From a virus (lineage: Duplodnaviria > Caudoviricetes), in the IMG/VR virus record IMGVR_UViG_3300007643_000273, positions 1 through 47,292 of that record: a stretch of 47,292 nucleotides of DNA. One strand, 5' to 3'. Below, piece after piece: positions 9,813 to 19,459 of this stretch. Positions within the stretch are counted from its first letter, which is position 1; every line of letters begins with the position of its first letter. The notes under the pieces are model-generated. The model ran no database searches and was not told the DNA's origin. It worked only from the letters and a program-made list of their open reading frames with translations. The translations under genes were made by a program, and so were the position numbers.

Positions 9813-10211
9813 CTATAGGTTTGGATTGATGGGGTGAAGCGTCCAGCCGGCGCGAAGGATCGCCGTCGATGTGACAGACAAGCCGCCAAGCCCGCCGAGA
9901 ATTCTCTTAAGCTCGAGCGGCACGGCGTTGAGCGCGACAACTTGATAGGGTTGCTCAATGCCGGCGTAAATGATGCTAACCGGGTCGGAGCCAACGAACG
10001 CTTGATAGGCTCGAGAGAATGTTTCGGCTTCGTCCAGATCTGAGAAGTCGGCGAAGGTGACCAGGCTAAACGGTCGCCCTCGAGCGCCGGTCGCCCACAG
10101 CGTTTCGCCATCGACGCCGGGGCGCTCTTCGCTTTTGATCTGTTGTTGCGGGCCAGCTGGCGGCTGGGACATACTGACAAAATTAAACGGTCCAATACTA
10201 TGTTGGCTCAT
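9813..10211 (-). CDS. Putative distal tail protein
   Basis: Immediately after the tape measure gene; ERPGVDG motif. Confidence 0.55.
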   Translation of the reverse strand: MSQHSIGPFNFVSMSQPPAGPQQQIKSEERPGVDGETLWATGARGRPFSLVTFADFSDLDEAETFSRAYQAFVGSDPVSIIYAGIEQPYQVVALNAVPLELKRILGGLGGLSVTSTAILRAGWTLHPINPNL

Positions 10212-10214
10212 TGG

Positions 10215-11876
10215 TCAATTCGCCTCCGTATGGCGGCCAACTTCGGCGGCGTTAGGCTTCGTGGCAGTTTGCTTGCGCGACTCATCGAGCAATTGGCGAA
10301 GCAATTCGGTTTGCTGGCGAATGAGTTCGAGGTCCTCGCGCTCTGCTCCGGTTAGTTCATCTTCGGGAACCAGGTTAAAGCCGCCGCGTTTTCTGATTTG
10401 AGTTTCGCGATTCGCAAGTGCTGAGATCGCTCTTTCTTCTGGCGTTTCCCCGCCAAGTCCGAAGTCGAAGCCGCCGAGCAATCGCGCGTCGTCGGCAAAG
10501 CCGAAAATACCGGTGCGCGTTTGGCGTAAGGTTTCGGAGGTGATCTCTCGAGAAGTCGCAATACGGGCTTTTTCGCTGCCGAGTATTGCCGTTTCGATGT
10601 TGGCTTGTGCTTGCTTCTGGGCCGATGCACCTTGCACTGAATTCGTGGCACTGTCGATCCGGTTTTGCAACTTGTCTACGATGCTTGTATCGCCGCTACT
10701 CGCCTTGAGAGCTTCTATGGTTTCGCGAAAGTCGCGACTGACTTGGCTATCTTTGTTTGTGAGAGCTTCGCGAATCGGGCCGACAACTTTCTTTTCGAAA
10801 CTGGCACCAGCAAAGCCGTCGGTTCCCTGAAAAAACTGGCGTTGCAATTCGGGGGAATTTTGCACCGCGTTAATTCGCTCTTCGAGCGTTTTGAGGCCGG
10901 TTCCTTTGCGAACTACCGAGGCGTCGATGACGGCTTGATCGATCTCCGCCGCGCTCTTGCTCTGCACTCGCAGTTGCCGACGCAGTTTCTTTTCCTCTTC
11001 GGGGCTGATCGCTTCACCAAGAATATCTTTCTCGGGCAGAAACTCGGCGAGCTGCGAAGAGAGCCCAATGAGTCCGGTACGGACCGAACGGCCTTGGGCA
11101 TCTTTGGCCGATCGCGATAATGCCGCTTGAAAGGCGGCCGCTTCAATCGCCGCTCTTGTTCGATCTTCGCCGCTGTCGAAAGCACTATTGCCGGCGATGC
11201 CCTGGGCGACGTTGCTAAAGTCGCTCAACGATGTGAGCCGCGAACGTGCTTGGGTGTTCAACACCAGGGCGATCGTTTCTTTGCCTTGCGTGTCTCCGGT
11301 GATCGTGGCAATGTCACCGACGGCCCCCGAAGCGTCGTTTAATTCATCGGGGCGCAGCTTGAAGATCTTGGCATTTTCTCTGGCAACGTTGAGCGATAAC
11401 TCTATGTCGCCGGTAGCACTGACCAGGTTACTAACCGCATCGGTTAGTTTGGCCTCATCGCCGAAGCCGGTCGATTTGTTGATTGAGCGAATTCGCGTAA
11501 ATAGTTTTTCAACGGTGGCATCGGATTCGCCAAGCGAGTTGATGAGCAATCCCGACTGCGAACCGGCAACACTGTTTTGTTTGGCAGCGATCTCAGAGTT
11601 GAGTTGGTTCTGTTCTTGCAAGCCGCGATTGACCAGCATGATCGCGCCGGAAAGGGATGCATACCCGGCGACCATGCTGCGAACTTGCCCGACGGCCGCC
11701 GACGCCGTTTGCCTCAATGCGCCGGCCGACTTCTGTTGCGTAGTTGCCGCTTTTTTGCTGGCGAGAATCTGCCGCCGCAATTGCTCTTCTAACTTCGTGT
11801 TCGCTTTCGCCATCTTCTCGTAATCGCGCAGCACTTGCGATACGTCAGAGGTGAAAGTTTGTTTTGTCGAACCCAT
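10215..11876 (-). CDS. Tail tape measure protein (short, 553 aa)
   Basis: Ala-rich helical protein following the tail chaperone; N-terminal T.DVSQ pattern. Confidence 0.75.
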   Translation of the reverse strand: MGSTKQTFTSDVSQVLRDYEKMAKANTKLEEQLRRQILASKKAATTQQKSAGALRQTASAAVGQVRSMVAGYASLSGAIMLVNRGLQEQNQLNSEIAAKQNSVAGSQSGLLINSLGESDATVEKLFTRIRSINKSTGFGDEAKLTDAVSNLVSATGDIELSLNVARENAKIFKLRPDELNDASGAVGDIATITGDTQGKETIALVLNTQARSRLTSLSDFSNVAQGIAGNSAFDSGEDRTRAAIEAAAFQAALSRSAKDAQGRSVRTGLIGLSSQLAEFLPEKDILGEAISPEEEKKLRRQLRVQSKSAAEIDQAVIDASVVRKGTGLKTLEERINAVQNSPELQRQFFQGTDGFAGASFEKKVVGPIREALTNKDSQVSRDFRETIEALKASSGDTSIVDKLQNRIDSATNSVQGASAQKQAQANIETAILGSEKARIATSREITSETLRQTRTGIFGFADDARLLGGFDFGLGGETPEERAISALANRETQIRKRGGFNLVPEDELTGAEREDLELIRQQTELLRQLLDESRKQTATKPNAAEVGRHTEAN

Positions 11877-11918
11877 GTTAGTTTTCTTACTAAACGAAAC
11901 GCTAAAGCGTTTCGATGG

Positions 11919-12087
11919 TTACGATCTTTTCAAAAACAAGGCGAGCTGGTTGATGTTTCGGTTTGCTTCGAGTTCATCCATTTCACTTGCGACGGACAAC
12001 TCCGCTACCGACGGCGAGTAGGCGATGCGTCCACGACGCCAAGCGTCGAGTTGCAGGAGTCGCCCGGTTAAGCGTCCGTTTTTTTTT
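11919..12087 (-). CDS. -1 frameshift extension of the tail assembly chaperone (gpGT-like C-terminal part)
   Basis: A9 run at 12079..12087; the -1 frame is open to TAA at 11919 (NGRLTGRLLQLDAWRRGRIAYSPSVAEL...LFLKRS). Confidence 0.65.
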
Positions 12088-12826
12088 GCTGGTTCCATTC
12101 ATATTGAATCTCGAGATCACAGAGAGCGCAAAGGATTGTTTCGATGCGTGTCGTATCGACCAGCGGCAGTTGCATATCGGCGAGCGCTGTCACTTCGGGC
12201 GGACCGATGCGATAGTTTGCGGCGAGCACCTTCATCACCATGCCAACTTTTTGCAACGGCGAGAATTCGCTTTCTCCATCGGTCGCAAGCCCGGTGAGAT
12301 AATTCCAGGCATCGAGCCCTAACTCAAACAGCCAGCGATATTCGCTCTTACACCGCTGCATCGCTGCGCCGCCTTCGAAATAAATATCGCACGGCAAACG
12401 ACCGCAAAAAGATCCCTCGCTGCGAGCAACGGGAATGAGCCACTCGCGGCCGGCTTCATCCCAAATGATGCGGCCGGGCGTTTGCTTGCGGCGGGCAAGA
12501 TCTTCTGGCGTTGGCAAGGCATCGAGCAACCAGCCGATATAAAAACTGGCGGGCGATTCTTCCTCTTGATCGCCGGCGTTCGCTTGCACCGGCACAAACT
12601 TCTGTTTCTCCGGTCGATATTGAACGCTCGAAGGGATCGATAGGTCGCGTGGCTTTGGGTACAAGAGCACGCCAGCCAGATCGTCAGGCCCTTTGCGAAC
12701 GCTTGAGCAAACGATTTCCTCGGGCGGAACATCGGACAGCGTATCGGACAAGCCGACGTCGATAATCAACTGCCGAGGATCGGCCACCGGCTCGATGCTG
12801 GGGAGGAAGTAAAAGAAACCCGCCAT
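12068..12826 (-). CDS. Tail assembly chaperone (gpG-like position)
   Basis: Lies before the tape measure gene; ends CAA AAA AAA ACG with a slippery A run. Confidence 0.6.
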   Translation of the reverse strand: MAGFFYFLPSIEPVADPRQLIIDVGLSDTLSDVPPEEIVCSSVRKGPDDLAGVLLYPKPRDLSIPSSVQYRPEKQKFVPVQANAGDQEEESPASFYIGWLLDALPTPEDLARRKQTPGRIIWDEAGREWLIPVARSEGSFCGRLPCDIYFEGGAAMQRCKSEYRWLFELGLDAWNYLTGLATDGESEFSPLQKVGMVMKVLAANYRIGPPEVTALADMQLPLVDTTRIETILCALCDLEIQYEWNQQKKTDA

Positions 12827-12902
12827 AACTTTACTAGCCTTCGCTGTTGGTTAACTCTGCTTTACTTAGTGTACCCGGTACACGTATCGGGTCCCGCCGA
12901 GG

Positions 12903-13448
12903 TTACTTGCTCGGCTTCGTCGGCTTGCTTGGTTTAGCTGGCTTCGATTCTCTCTTCGCCTTGGTCTCGGCGGCTTCGTTTTTAACCGCTTCGAGTTGCT
13001 CGGCGAGTTCTTGGTTGCTTCCCTGCAGGGTCGCGAATTCTTTCTTCACCAGCTCAAGCTCTTCGGCCAGCTCGGCGGCTTCGGTTTTCGCCGCTTTGAG
13101 TTGCTTGGTGAGATCCTCGTTGCTTCCCTGCAGGGTCGCGTTGGCCTTCTCGAGATCGGCAATCTGTTGTTTGTCTGCCGACTCGATTGCGGAGAGGTCA
13201 GCGAGTTGTTGCTGGTGCGCTTCCTGAGCGGCCGGGAGACCGGCCAGGCTCATTGCCTCTTGCACGCAGTTGACAACGTGCTCGCATTGTTCGGACGCAT
13301 CCTCGGGCATCCTGAGCAATTTCTTGAGTAGGTCCTCATCCTTCGCGACCAACGTAAATTGGTAGTTTGCCGCCGCGCGCGGCACTTCGCAATGTTTTTG
13401 GATGAGATTGCGAGCCGAAATATGTTCGGGTTTCGTGAGCTGTTGCAT
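12903..13448 (-). CDS. Coiled-coil protein with internal 35-aa repeat
   Basis: ATLQGSN-EL--QL-A-K-EAAE occurs twice; Lys/Pro-rich tail. Confidence 0.7.
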   Translation of the reverse strand: MQQLTKPEHISARNLIQKHCEVPRAAANYQFTLVAKDEDLLKKLLRMPEDASEQCEHVVNCVQEAMSLAGLPAAQEAHQQQLADLSAIESADKQQIADLEKANATLQGSNEDLTKQLKAAKTEAAELAEELELVKKEFATLQGSNQELAEQLEAVKNEAAETKAKRESKPAKPSKPTKPSK

Positions 13449-13483
13449 TTTGAATCTCTTAGGGGTGACAAAAAAATTAACGC

Positions 13484-14398
13484 TTAGGTAATCGCCGAAG
13501 CGGTGCTAACTGTGAACGGGTTGCCGGCGGCCGACGGCTTGATGAGGTTGATATCGAGGGCGAAAGATGCATCGCCGCCCGATAACCGGCGACTGCGAAC
13601 CGAGCCAGCGGTCGCGGTGAATTTGATATGTGATGCGGTGCCATCGGCGACGTTGATGCCGTTGGCTGCTTTTCTTCGCAAGTAGACCGTTACCGCAGTT
13701 GCCGCGGTGATGGGGCCGAAAGAAGCGATCGAAATACCCGACCGCGTGGCGATGCTGATTTGGGGGCTGTAGTCTTTCACGCCGCCGTAGGTGATATAGG
13801 GCTCGCCGTTGTCGCTCACCTCTTCGGTGGTGATGCGGTTATCCCAATTCATCGACTGGACGCCTGGCAATACGGTGCCGTTGATTGCGATCGGGCCGAG
13901 CGTGAAGTTTTCGGCGGCTTGGCTGGCAGCTGTTAACGCGACGCTGCCCGCAAAAACCAACGGATCGTTTACGCCATCCCAAACGGGAAGGATGCGAGCG
14001 GAGATCTCCGCCGGCTGGCCCTGACTGGCGGCGATGCTCGTCCAGTAAATGAGGGCGTTATCTTCCATGCGTGCGCGAAGATGCGAGGTGCCGGCGTCGG
14101 AGACGCGGAGACCGTGGCTCAATCCGCGCTTGTATTCGAAATCGACATTGCCGCCAGAAAGATCGCCAACGACGCCTTCGGTCGCGCAGTTATCAAGCAC
14201 GGTTTTAATCTGCTTCGTGCTGAATGTTAGCGCAGGATTACCGACGCTGGCGCCTGAGAATTGCGGGGCGGTTTGGCCCGCGCTCATCTCGATAAGATCC
14301 TCGAGATTGAAGCCGGTATCGTAGTCGGTGATCTGAGTGATCGTATCGCCGCCCTCAAACAGAATCGCGTGCGGATAAATCAAGCCTGAGACGGTCAT
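13484..14398 (-). CDS. Major tail (tube) protein, putative
   Basis: 304 aa Ser/Thr/Gly/Ala-rich protein between the neck genes and the chaperone. Confidence 0.6.
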   Translation of the reverse strand: MTVSGLIYPHAILFEGGDTITQITDYDTGFNLEDLIEMSAGQTAPQFSGASVGNPALTFSTKQIKTVLDNCATEGVVGDLSGGNVDFEYKRGLSHGLRVSDAGTSHLRARMEDNALIYWTSIAASQGQPAEISARILPVWDGVNDPLVFAGSVALTAASQAAENFTLGPIAINGTVLPGVQSMNWDNRITTEEVSDNGEPYITYGGVKDYSPQISIATRSGISIASFGPITAATAVTVYLRRKAANGINVADGTASHIKFTATAGSVRSRRLSGGDASFALDINLIKPSAAGNPFTVSTASAIT

Positions 14399-14898
14399 TT
14401 GATTCTCTTTCTTTTTTTGCGGCTTTGTTCTTTTTTGATCTGGCGTGTTTGAACTTTGTCGGCGGTTTCAAGCAACTGGCGTTGCTCGTTGGTATGCACC
14501 GCCGTAAGTTCGGCCGCCATGTTTGGACGATTTGGATTACGCGGCTTCGAGGTGAAATAACTCGGACCAGGCAGAGTGATCGTGACGCGTGCAGGGAAGG
14601 CGCGAATATTATGCCGGCGGACCATCGTTCGTTCGAGCAAACCAGAAAACACCAGGTCGGCTTTTCCACCTCGAGGAATTAGACCAGCGCGAGCCAATCG
14701 CTCTTTTTTCTGACGGTAGCCCAGCCCGCGTTGTTTGTAGTTGTAACGATCTCGGGCCCCGCGGCGAAAGTGACGCGGCATAAACTCGCGATCCCAACGT
14801 GACCCGATTGCGTGGTGAGTCGCTTTGAGAATTCGCCGACCAGCGCGTTGGCTTAGATCTTCTGGCTGTTCGAGAATGACGCCGTTGATTCCGGTCAT
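14395..14898 (-). CDS. Basic tail-completion/neck protein
   Basis: Start MTGINGV overlaps the upstream stop (TAATG); Arg/Lys-rich; DLVFSGLL motif. Confidence 0.55.
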   Translation of the reverse strand: MTGINGVILEQPEDLSQRAGRRILKATHHAIGSRWDREFMPRHFRRGARDRYNYKQRGLGYRQKKERLARAGLIPRGGKADLVFSGLLERTMVRRHNIRAFPARVTITLPGPSYFTSKPRNPNRPNMAAELTAVHTNEQRQLLETADKVQTRQIKKEQSRKKRKRIK

Positions 14899-15425
14899 TA
14901 TGCTTCGGCTCCCCACTCGAGCGACCAAGCTGCCCACCAGAAATCGTTGCCGTTGCTGCGCTCTGTTTTGTTCGATCGCACCGCGCGCTGCAACAACTGA
15001 ATCGAGCGAGCCGGAAAGTGGCAAGCGTTTCCGTCGTCGTAGCTCTCGCCGCTGTTGTCTGCCATTTCGTCGATGATCTGGCCGGCTAGATTCGTAAAAA
15101 TAAGTTTCGACTCGCTGTGATTTTCGGGGCATTCGGCAGTTGCATAAATAGCAACCACAACAATTCCACCACCGGCGAGATCGATGCCAACGCCTTCGCC
15201 TTGCTGGTCGTAACCGTGCCCATCTTCGGCCACCACGATATAGGGCCGCATCGCTTCGAGGCCATCTTCTTCGGCGAACTCATCGACCCAATCCAGATGG
15301 ATATGCGGCTTCGCCAGCTCGGACGTTTCAACACTCCGCGCAGCTTGAAACGTCGCACTAGCCGCCGCGAGTTCGCGGACGCTATCAAGTGCAAGCGATA
15401 AACTGCCAAGGGGTGCTGTGGTCAT
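14898..15425 (-). CDS. Putative tail terminator / neck protein
   Basis: Acidic 175-aa ORF; function inferred from position. Confidence 0.5.
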   Translation of the reverse strand: MTTAPLGSLSLALDSVRELAAASATFQAARSVETSELAKPHIHLDWVDEFAEEDGLEAMRPYIVVAEDGHGYDQQGEGVGIDLAGGGIVVVAIYATAECPENHSESKLIFTNLAGQIIDEMADNSGESYDDGNACHFPARSIQLLQRAVRSNKTERSNGNDFWWAAWSLEWGAEA

Positions 15426-15430
15426 AGTTT

Positions 15431-15811
15431 CTAAGTGCTTGTTCCGCTACGGCGTGAGCGAATGAATAAGAGCTTCCAGCGGTAGGATTGTGCGTCGCGA
15501 ATTTCGCCGCCGAATACGAAACGATGTTGCAAAGGATCTACAACCAGGCCGCGAATGATCGCATCCCCGAGCTGCGGGCGATCGATGCCGCCCAACGTGT
15601 CGGCGGGATCTCGCAAGCAGGAGACAACCGCCTCTTCGATGTGCGTCTCTTTTCCCGATTCTTCAATTTCAATTCTTTGCACTACGCGCACGTGCGCGGT
15701 GATCGTGCGTGCGTCACCGCTTTTCGAGTGATAGGTAATTTCCTCACCGAAAAAATCGGCACTCAGAAAGTGAGACCGAGCAACCGATTTTCGGAGAGAT
15801 TCAAAACTCAT
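15431..15811 (-). CDS. Head-tail joining protein (gpFII-like)
   Basis: FGEEITY..G..RTI.A motif; follows the head genes. Confidence 0.6.
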   Translation of the reverse strand: MSFESLRKSVARSHFLSADFFGEEITYHSKSGDARTITAHVRVVQRIEIEESGKETHIEEAVVSCLRDPADTLGGIDRPQLGDAIIRGLVVDPLQHRFVFGGEIRDAQSYRWKLLFIRSRRSGTST

Positions 15812-15842
15812 AGGGGGTTTCTACTTGAGGAAACGAACGCGC

Positions 15843-16550
15843 TTATGCGGGCGTTTTCACCGTCACGCAGAACTCTTGAATGGTGAGCGTGCCGGTGGCG
15901 GTGCCTGCCGTCTTTTGCAACTGTGCGAACAACTGCAAACCGCTCGAATAATTCGACATGTTGAAAGCGGTGTTCGCTCCAACGCGCTGAGCGTAGCCGT
16001 TGGCGTTGTCGGCCTGAAACTGCAACGCCGCTTTGCCGCCAAGCGACTGCGAAGGCGGCGATTGCGTGAGGACGCCGGCGCTAAAGTCGATCGAGAACCG
16101 TTTGAAGGTATCGGCCAACGTGACGCCGGTCGCAGCATCGTTGTTATCGTTGGTGCCGTCGTCGGACTCGAGAACGACATCATTGCTGCCAGCGAGCTTG
16201 AACCAAGCCGCCGCCGCGATCGCATCAAGATCGTCATTGCGAGCAGCCGCCAAGCCGAAGGCGGCCGAGACCGAAGCATCCAGCGAAGCGGAAATTTTGG
16301 CGAGGACTTCGAGGCGGATAATGTCGTCGATATCAAACGGCAACACATCGCCCATATAGAGGCAAAGATTCTGCACCTCGTTGGTGGCGTCGAGCGCGAG
16401 CGCCATGCCATCGGCGGATGGGGCAACCGTCGGCGAACCACCGGCAGCGGTGATTTTCTTCACCCAAGGTCCGCCATCTGCGGAGCCAACGGCCGGAGGC
16501 GAGCCAACGCCTCGGAAGTGATACAAGAGATTTCGGGTTAGTTTGGGCAT
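15843..16550 (-). CDS. Putative head decoration / capsid cement protein
   Basis: Directly after the capsid gene; beta-sandwich-like composition. Confidence 0.5.
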   Translation of the reverse strand: MPKLTRNLLYHFRGVGSPPAVGSADGGPWVKKITAAGGSPTVAPSADGMALALDATNEVQNLCLYMGDVLPFDIDDIIRLEVLAKISASLDASVSAAFGLAAARNDDLDAIAAAAWFKLAGSNDVVLESDDGTNDNNDAATGVTLADTFKRFSIDFSAGVLTQSPPSQSLGGKAALQFQADNANGYAQRVGANTAFNMSNYSSGLQLFAQLQKTAGTATGTLTIQEFCVTVKTPA

Positions 16551-16630
16551 CGTATCAATCTCGGAAACAGGTTGAATTCAAGGAAACAAAACGCCAAGCC
16601 GCCGAAGCGGCTCAAGCGGAAAGCGCCGGC

Positions 16631-19123
16631 TTACTGACCGGGATTTTTGATCGTGCCGCGATAAGAGGCGATCGCAGCTGCGAACCGACCCTCAAGGCGA
16701 AACCAACGGGTGTTGGTGCCTGGCTCCCAATAGGTTTCGCGCTTACCGCCGCGGGAGTAGCCGCGTTGGAAGGCGTGCACGATGCTTCGATGGCGGGCCG
16801 GATCGAGGAACGAATACCAAGCGGTGGTTGAGTAATCGTCCAACTCCGGTTCGACAACCGGTCGCATGCGACCCCGAAACGGGTTGATGTTCGCATCCGT
16901 TTCGGGCGATTTGCCTTCGGTGGTGCGGAGCAAAGTTTGTTCGCTGGCAGTTTCGTGCTCGCTGGGAACAAGCACGACCCGTGGCGAAGCGGCAACTTTA
17001 CCGACGCCGCCGACGCCTGGCATTTGGCGTTGCAGCTTTCGCATTTTGTCGAACTGCGTGGAACTTGGAGCCCCGCCGCCAGTTACCAGGTTGTTGTGCG
17101 AGGCGTGATACAGCGGAACCGCATCGAGCATCGCCACGTTGCCGGCAACTAACGCAATCGCCAAGCGGTTCAGCGTGCGCTCGTGAGCGTTCATCAACGT
17201 CTGCAGTTGGAGCATGAACGCATCAAGATCATCGTTGACCATCATCACTGGCGTTAGCCCGACGCGGTTGGCGAATTGGCCAATCTGAATGTAGCTGGGC
17301 ATTTCTTCGGTGAAGGTCAACTCACGCGGCAGTTGGGTATCTTGGATCTGGTCCAACTGATCGAAATAGCCAGTTTCGAGAATCGCTTTCTCTTTGAAGT
17401 CGGCGATATCTGCCATGCGCGAAGTCCATTGCGCATAGGTTACTTCGGAAAGATCAAGCGATCTGTTGAGCACTTTACCGGCGAGATTCGAAAGCAGGTT
17501 TGGCGTGCTGCCGGCGCGGTTGGCGGTTCCGCCGCCATCGGCCGACGGAAGCATATATTCGCCGCCGGCTTTCAAGAACTCTTTGGCGTTTTCTTCGACG
17601 TTGCGGCTTGCAACTCCGCCACTGAGTCGCACGAATTCGCCACACATTTCAGCTGGCGAAATATTCGAAAGCTCGCGAGCTGCCTGCGACAATTCGCCGC
17701 CATCGCCGAAACCGTTTTGAGCGAGCAACGCATCGCAGGCACCATCGACGAAAGTATCCATCGCTGGCGTACCGTGTTCGATGCGGCCGAGCGGCTTCTT
17801 TTCCTTGGCGGCTTTCGCGAGAAACTCGGAGCGAACGGCTTCGATCGTTTGATCGCCAGCGATCGCCGCTTCGAGATCTGCCTCATCGATGCTGAGTAGA
17901 TCGGCGGCGGCGCGAATCTCCGCAACGCGAACGCGCTCGGCAGCCAGTAACGCGCGAACATCGGCGGCACTGGTTTCGGGTTGAGGCTTGGGGGCGGGCG
18001 GTTCGGCCGGCGTGCGATCTTCGAACTTCGCGAGCGCGGCGAGAATTTCTTCCTCAGTCTCGGGCAAGGTAAGCCCGCGAGAGCGGAAGGCGACCGAGAG
18101 CGCCATTTCGGCGGCGCTGGCTTCGATCTCTTGAGAATCAATCAGGCCCATAGCATACAGGGCGGCGATAACTTTGTTCACGTTAGCGAACTCCGAAACG
18201 AGAAGCGGGGTGGACGGAATCGCCGAAGCACTCGGCGAATTAGTGGAGAATCTCTGGCCCCCGCCAGCTGATAACTCTTCAATGACCTCATCGAGCGTGG
18301 CGATGCGGTCAATCATTTTTCTTTCGAGCGCTTCGGCAGCGGTAAACATTTGCCCCTGGCCGAAGTTCTTTTCAATTTCCTCGGCGGATAGCTCGCGATT
18401 TCTCGCAACTGTTGCGATGAAATTGTCGTAGGCGGTGTCAACCATTCGTTGCATCGATACGCGCGTTTTGTCGTCGAGCTTTCCTTCCATGCCAGCGCCC
18501 TTAAACTCACCGCGAGCGATGGCGTGCTTTTTCTTTCCTTCCATCGCGTCGGCTTCGAATGTCTCAGTGAACCGCATCACCGCACCGATCGAGCCGATGA
18601 AGGAACCAACCGAAGCGATGACCTCATCGGACCCGCTGCCGGCGTAATAGCAGGCGCTGGCCATTTCGCCGCGATCGCAAACAGTTTTGATCGGCTTACT
18701 GCCGCGTGCGGCGTGGATTGCATCGGCAAGATCTTGCAGCCCTAACACGCTGCCGCCGGGCGAGTTGACCGCCAGCACAATCGCGCGGATGCTGTTGTTG
18801 GCTTTTGCCGCCGCGATGTGCTTGGCGATCATTTGCGTTGAGCAACCGCCAGAAACTTGCATCATCAAATTCATCCTCGGGGCCATCACGCCGACCATGG
18901 GGATGACAGCAACGCCATTAACAACGCGCGGCTTTTGATCCTCTTGAGATTGACCAACGCCGATACGCGCTCGAACTTCCTCGGGCTCTAAGCGCTCGCC
19001 GGCAGCGCGTAAGGTGAGCAGCTCTTCGATTGCGTCGAGCTTCTCTGGCAGAATGGCCCAAGGGTGAGTTGTCGCCGCGCGTACGACGTTGGTAATTTTG
19101 TAATTGTCTTGACGTTTCGGCAT
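16631..19123 (-). CDS. S49 prohead protease-scaffold-major capsid (Mu gpT-like) fusion
   Basis: VNSPGGSV, MASACY, GSIG and GEFK S49 motifs; central helical scaffold; C-terminal DFK...NDDL..F...LVP..E...NPF capsid motifs. Confidence 0.85.
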   Translation of the reverse strand: MPKRQDNYKITNVVRAATTHPWAILPEKLDAIEELLTLRAAGERLEPEEVRARIGVGQSQEDQKPRVVNGVAVIPMVGVMAPRMNLMMQVSGGCSTQMIAKHIAAAKANNSIRAIVLAVNSPGGSVLGLQDLADAIHAARGSKPIKTVCDRGEMASACYYAGSGSDEVIASVGSFIGSIGAVMRFTETFEADAMEGKKKHAIARGEFKGAGMEGKLDDKTRVSMQRMVDTAYDNFIATVARNRELSAEEIEKNFGQGQMFTAAEALERKMIDRIATLDEVIEELSAGGGQRFSTNSPSASAIPSTPLLVSEFANVNKVIAALYAMGLIDSQEIEASAAEMALSVAFRSRGLTLPETEEEILAALAKFEDRTPAEPPAPKPQPETSAADVRALLAAERVRVAEIRAAADLLSIDEADLEAAIAGDQTIEAVRSEFLAKAAKEKKPLGRIEHGTPAMDTFVDGACDALLAQNGFGDGGELSQAARELSNISPAEMCGEFVRLSGGVASRNVEENAKEFLKAGGEYMLPSADGGGTANRAGSTPNLLSNLAGKVLNRSLDLSEVTYAQWTSRMADIADFKEKAILETGYFDQLDQIQDTQLPRELTFTEEMPSYIQIGQFANRVGLTPVMMVNDDLDAFMLQLQTLMNAHERTLNRLAIALVAGNVAMLDAVPLYHASHNNLVTGGGAPSSTQFDKMRKLQRQMPGVGGVGKVAASPRVVLVPSEHETASEQTLLRTTEGKSPETDANINPFRGRMRPVVEPELDDYSTTAWYSFLDPARHRSIVHAFQRGYSRGGKRETYWEPGTNTRWFRLEGRFAAAIASYRGTIKNPGQ

Positions 19124-19129
19124 AACGGG

Positions 19130-19459
19130 TTATTTCGCTTTGCGAATTTCAACAGTGGTTTTGGTGGGTGCTTCGGCTTGCAGCTCGGCGGCCTTGTCTG
19201 GTCCGCTGACTTTTACAAACTCGTTTTTCCAACTCACCGAACCCTGTTTGGTTACAAGGGCGACTACGTGCTCCCCGCGCTTGCACTCGGTTTGTTCGCG
19301 ATCTTTCAGCACTTCGCCGAAGTGTTCGGCGAGGCGTTTCATTTCGCCGCCAAGCGTGCGAGCTTTGCGCTCCAACTCTTTCTTTTCGTCCGCATAGCGA
19401 ACGTATTCGGCGACTTCATCGGCGGTAATTTTGCCGGTTGGTTTTGCTTCGGTGTTCAT
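19130..19459 (-). CDS. Hypothetical protein between portal and protease-capsid
   Basis: Start overlaps the portal stop codon; coiled-coil N-terminal half. Confidence 0.7.
   Translation of the reverse strand: MNTEAKPTGKITADEVAEYVRYADEKKELERKARTLGGEMKRLAEHFGEVLKDREQTECKRGEHVVALVTKQGSVSWKNEFVKVSGPDKAAELQAEAPTKTTVEIRKAK

Noticed and set aside
14899-15132. N-terminal extension of the 14395..15132 ORF
   Set aside because: Overlaps the upstream gene; the TAATG-coupled start at 14898 is more plausible
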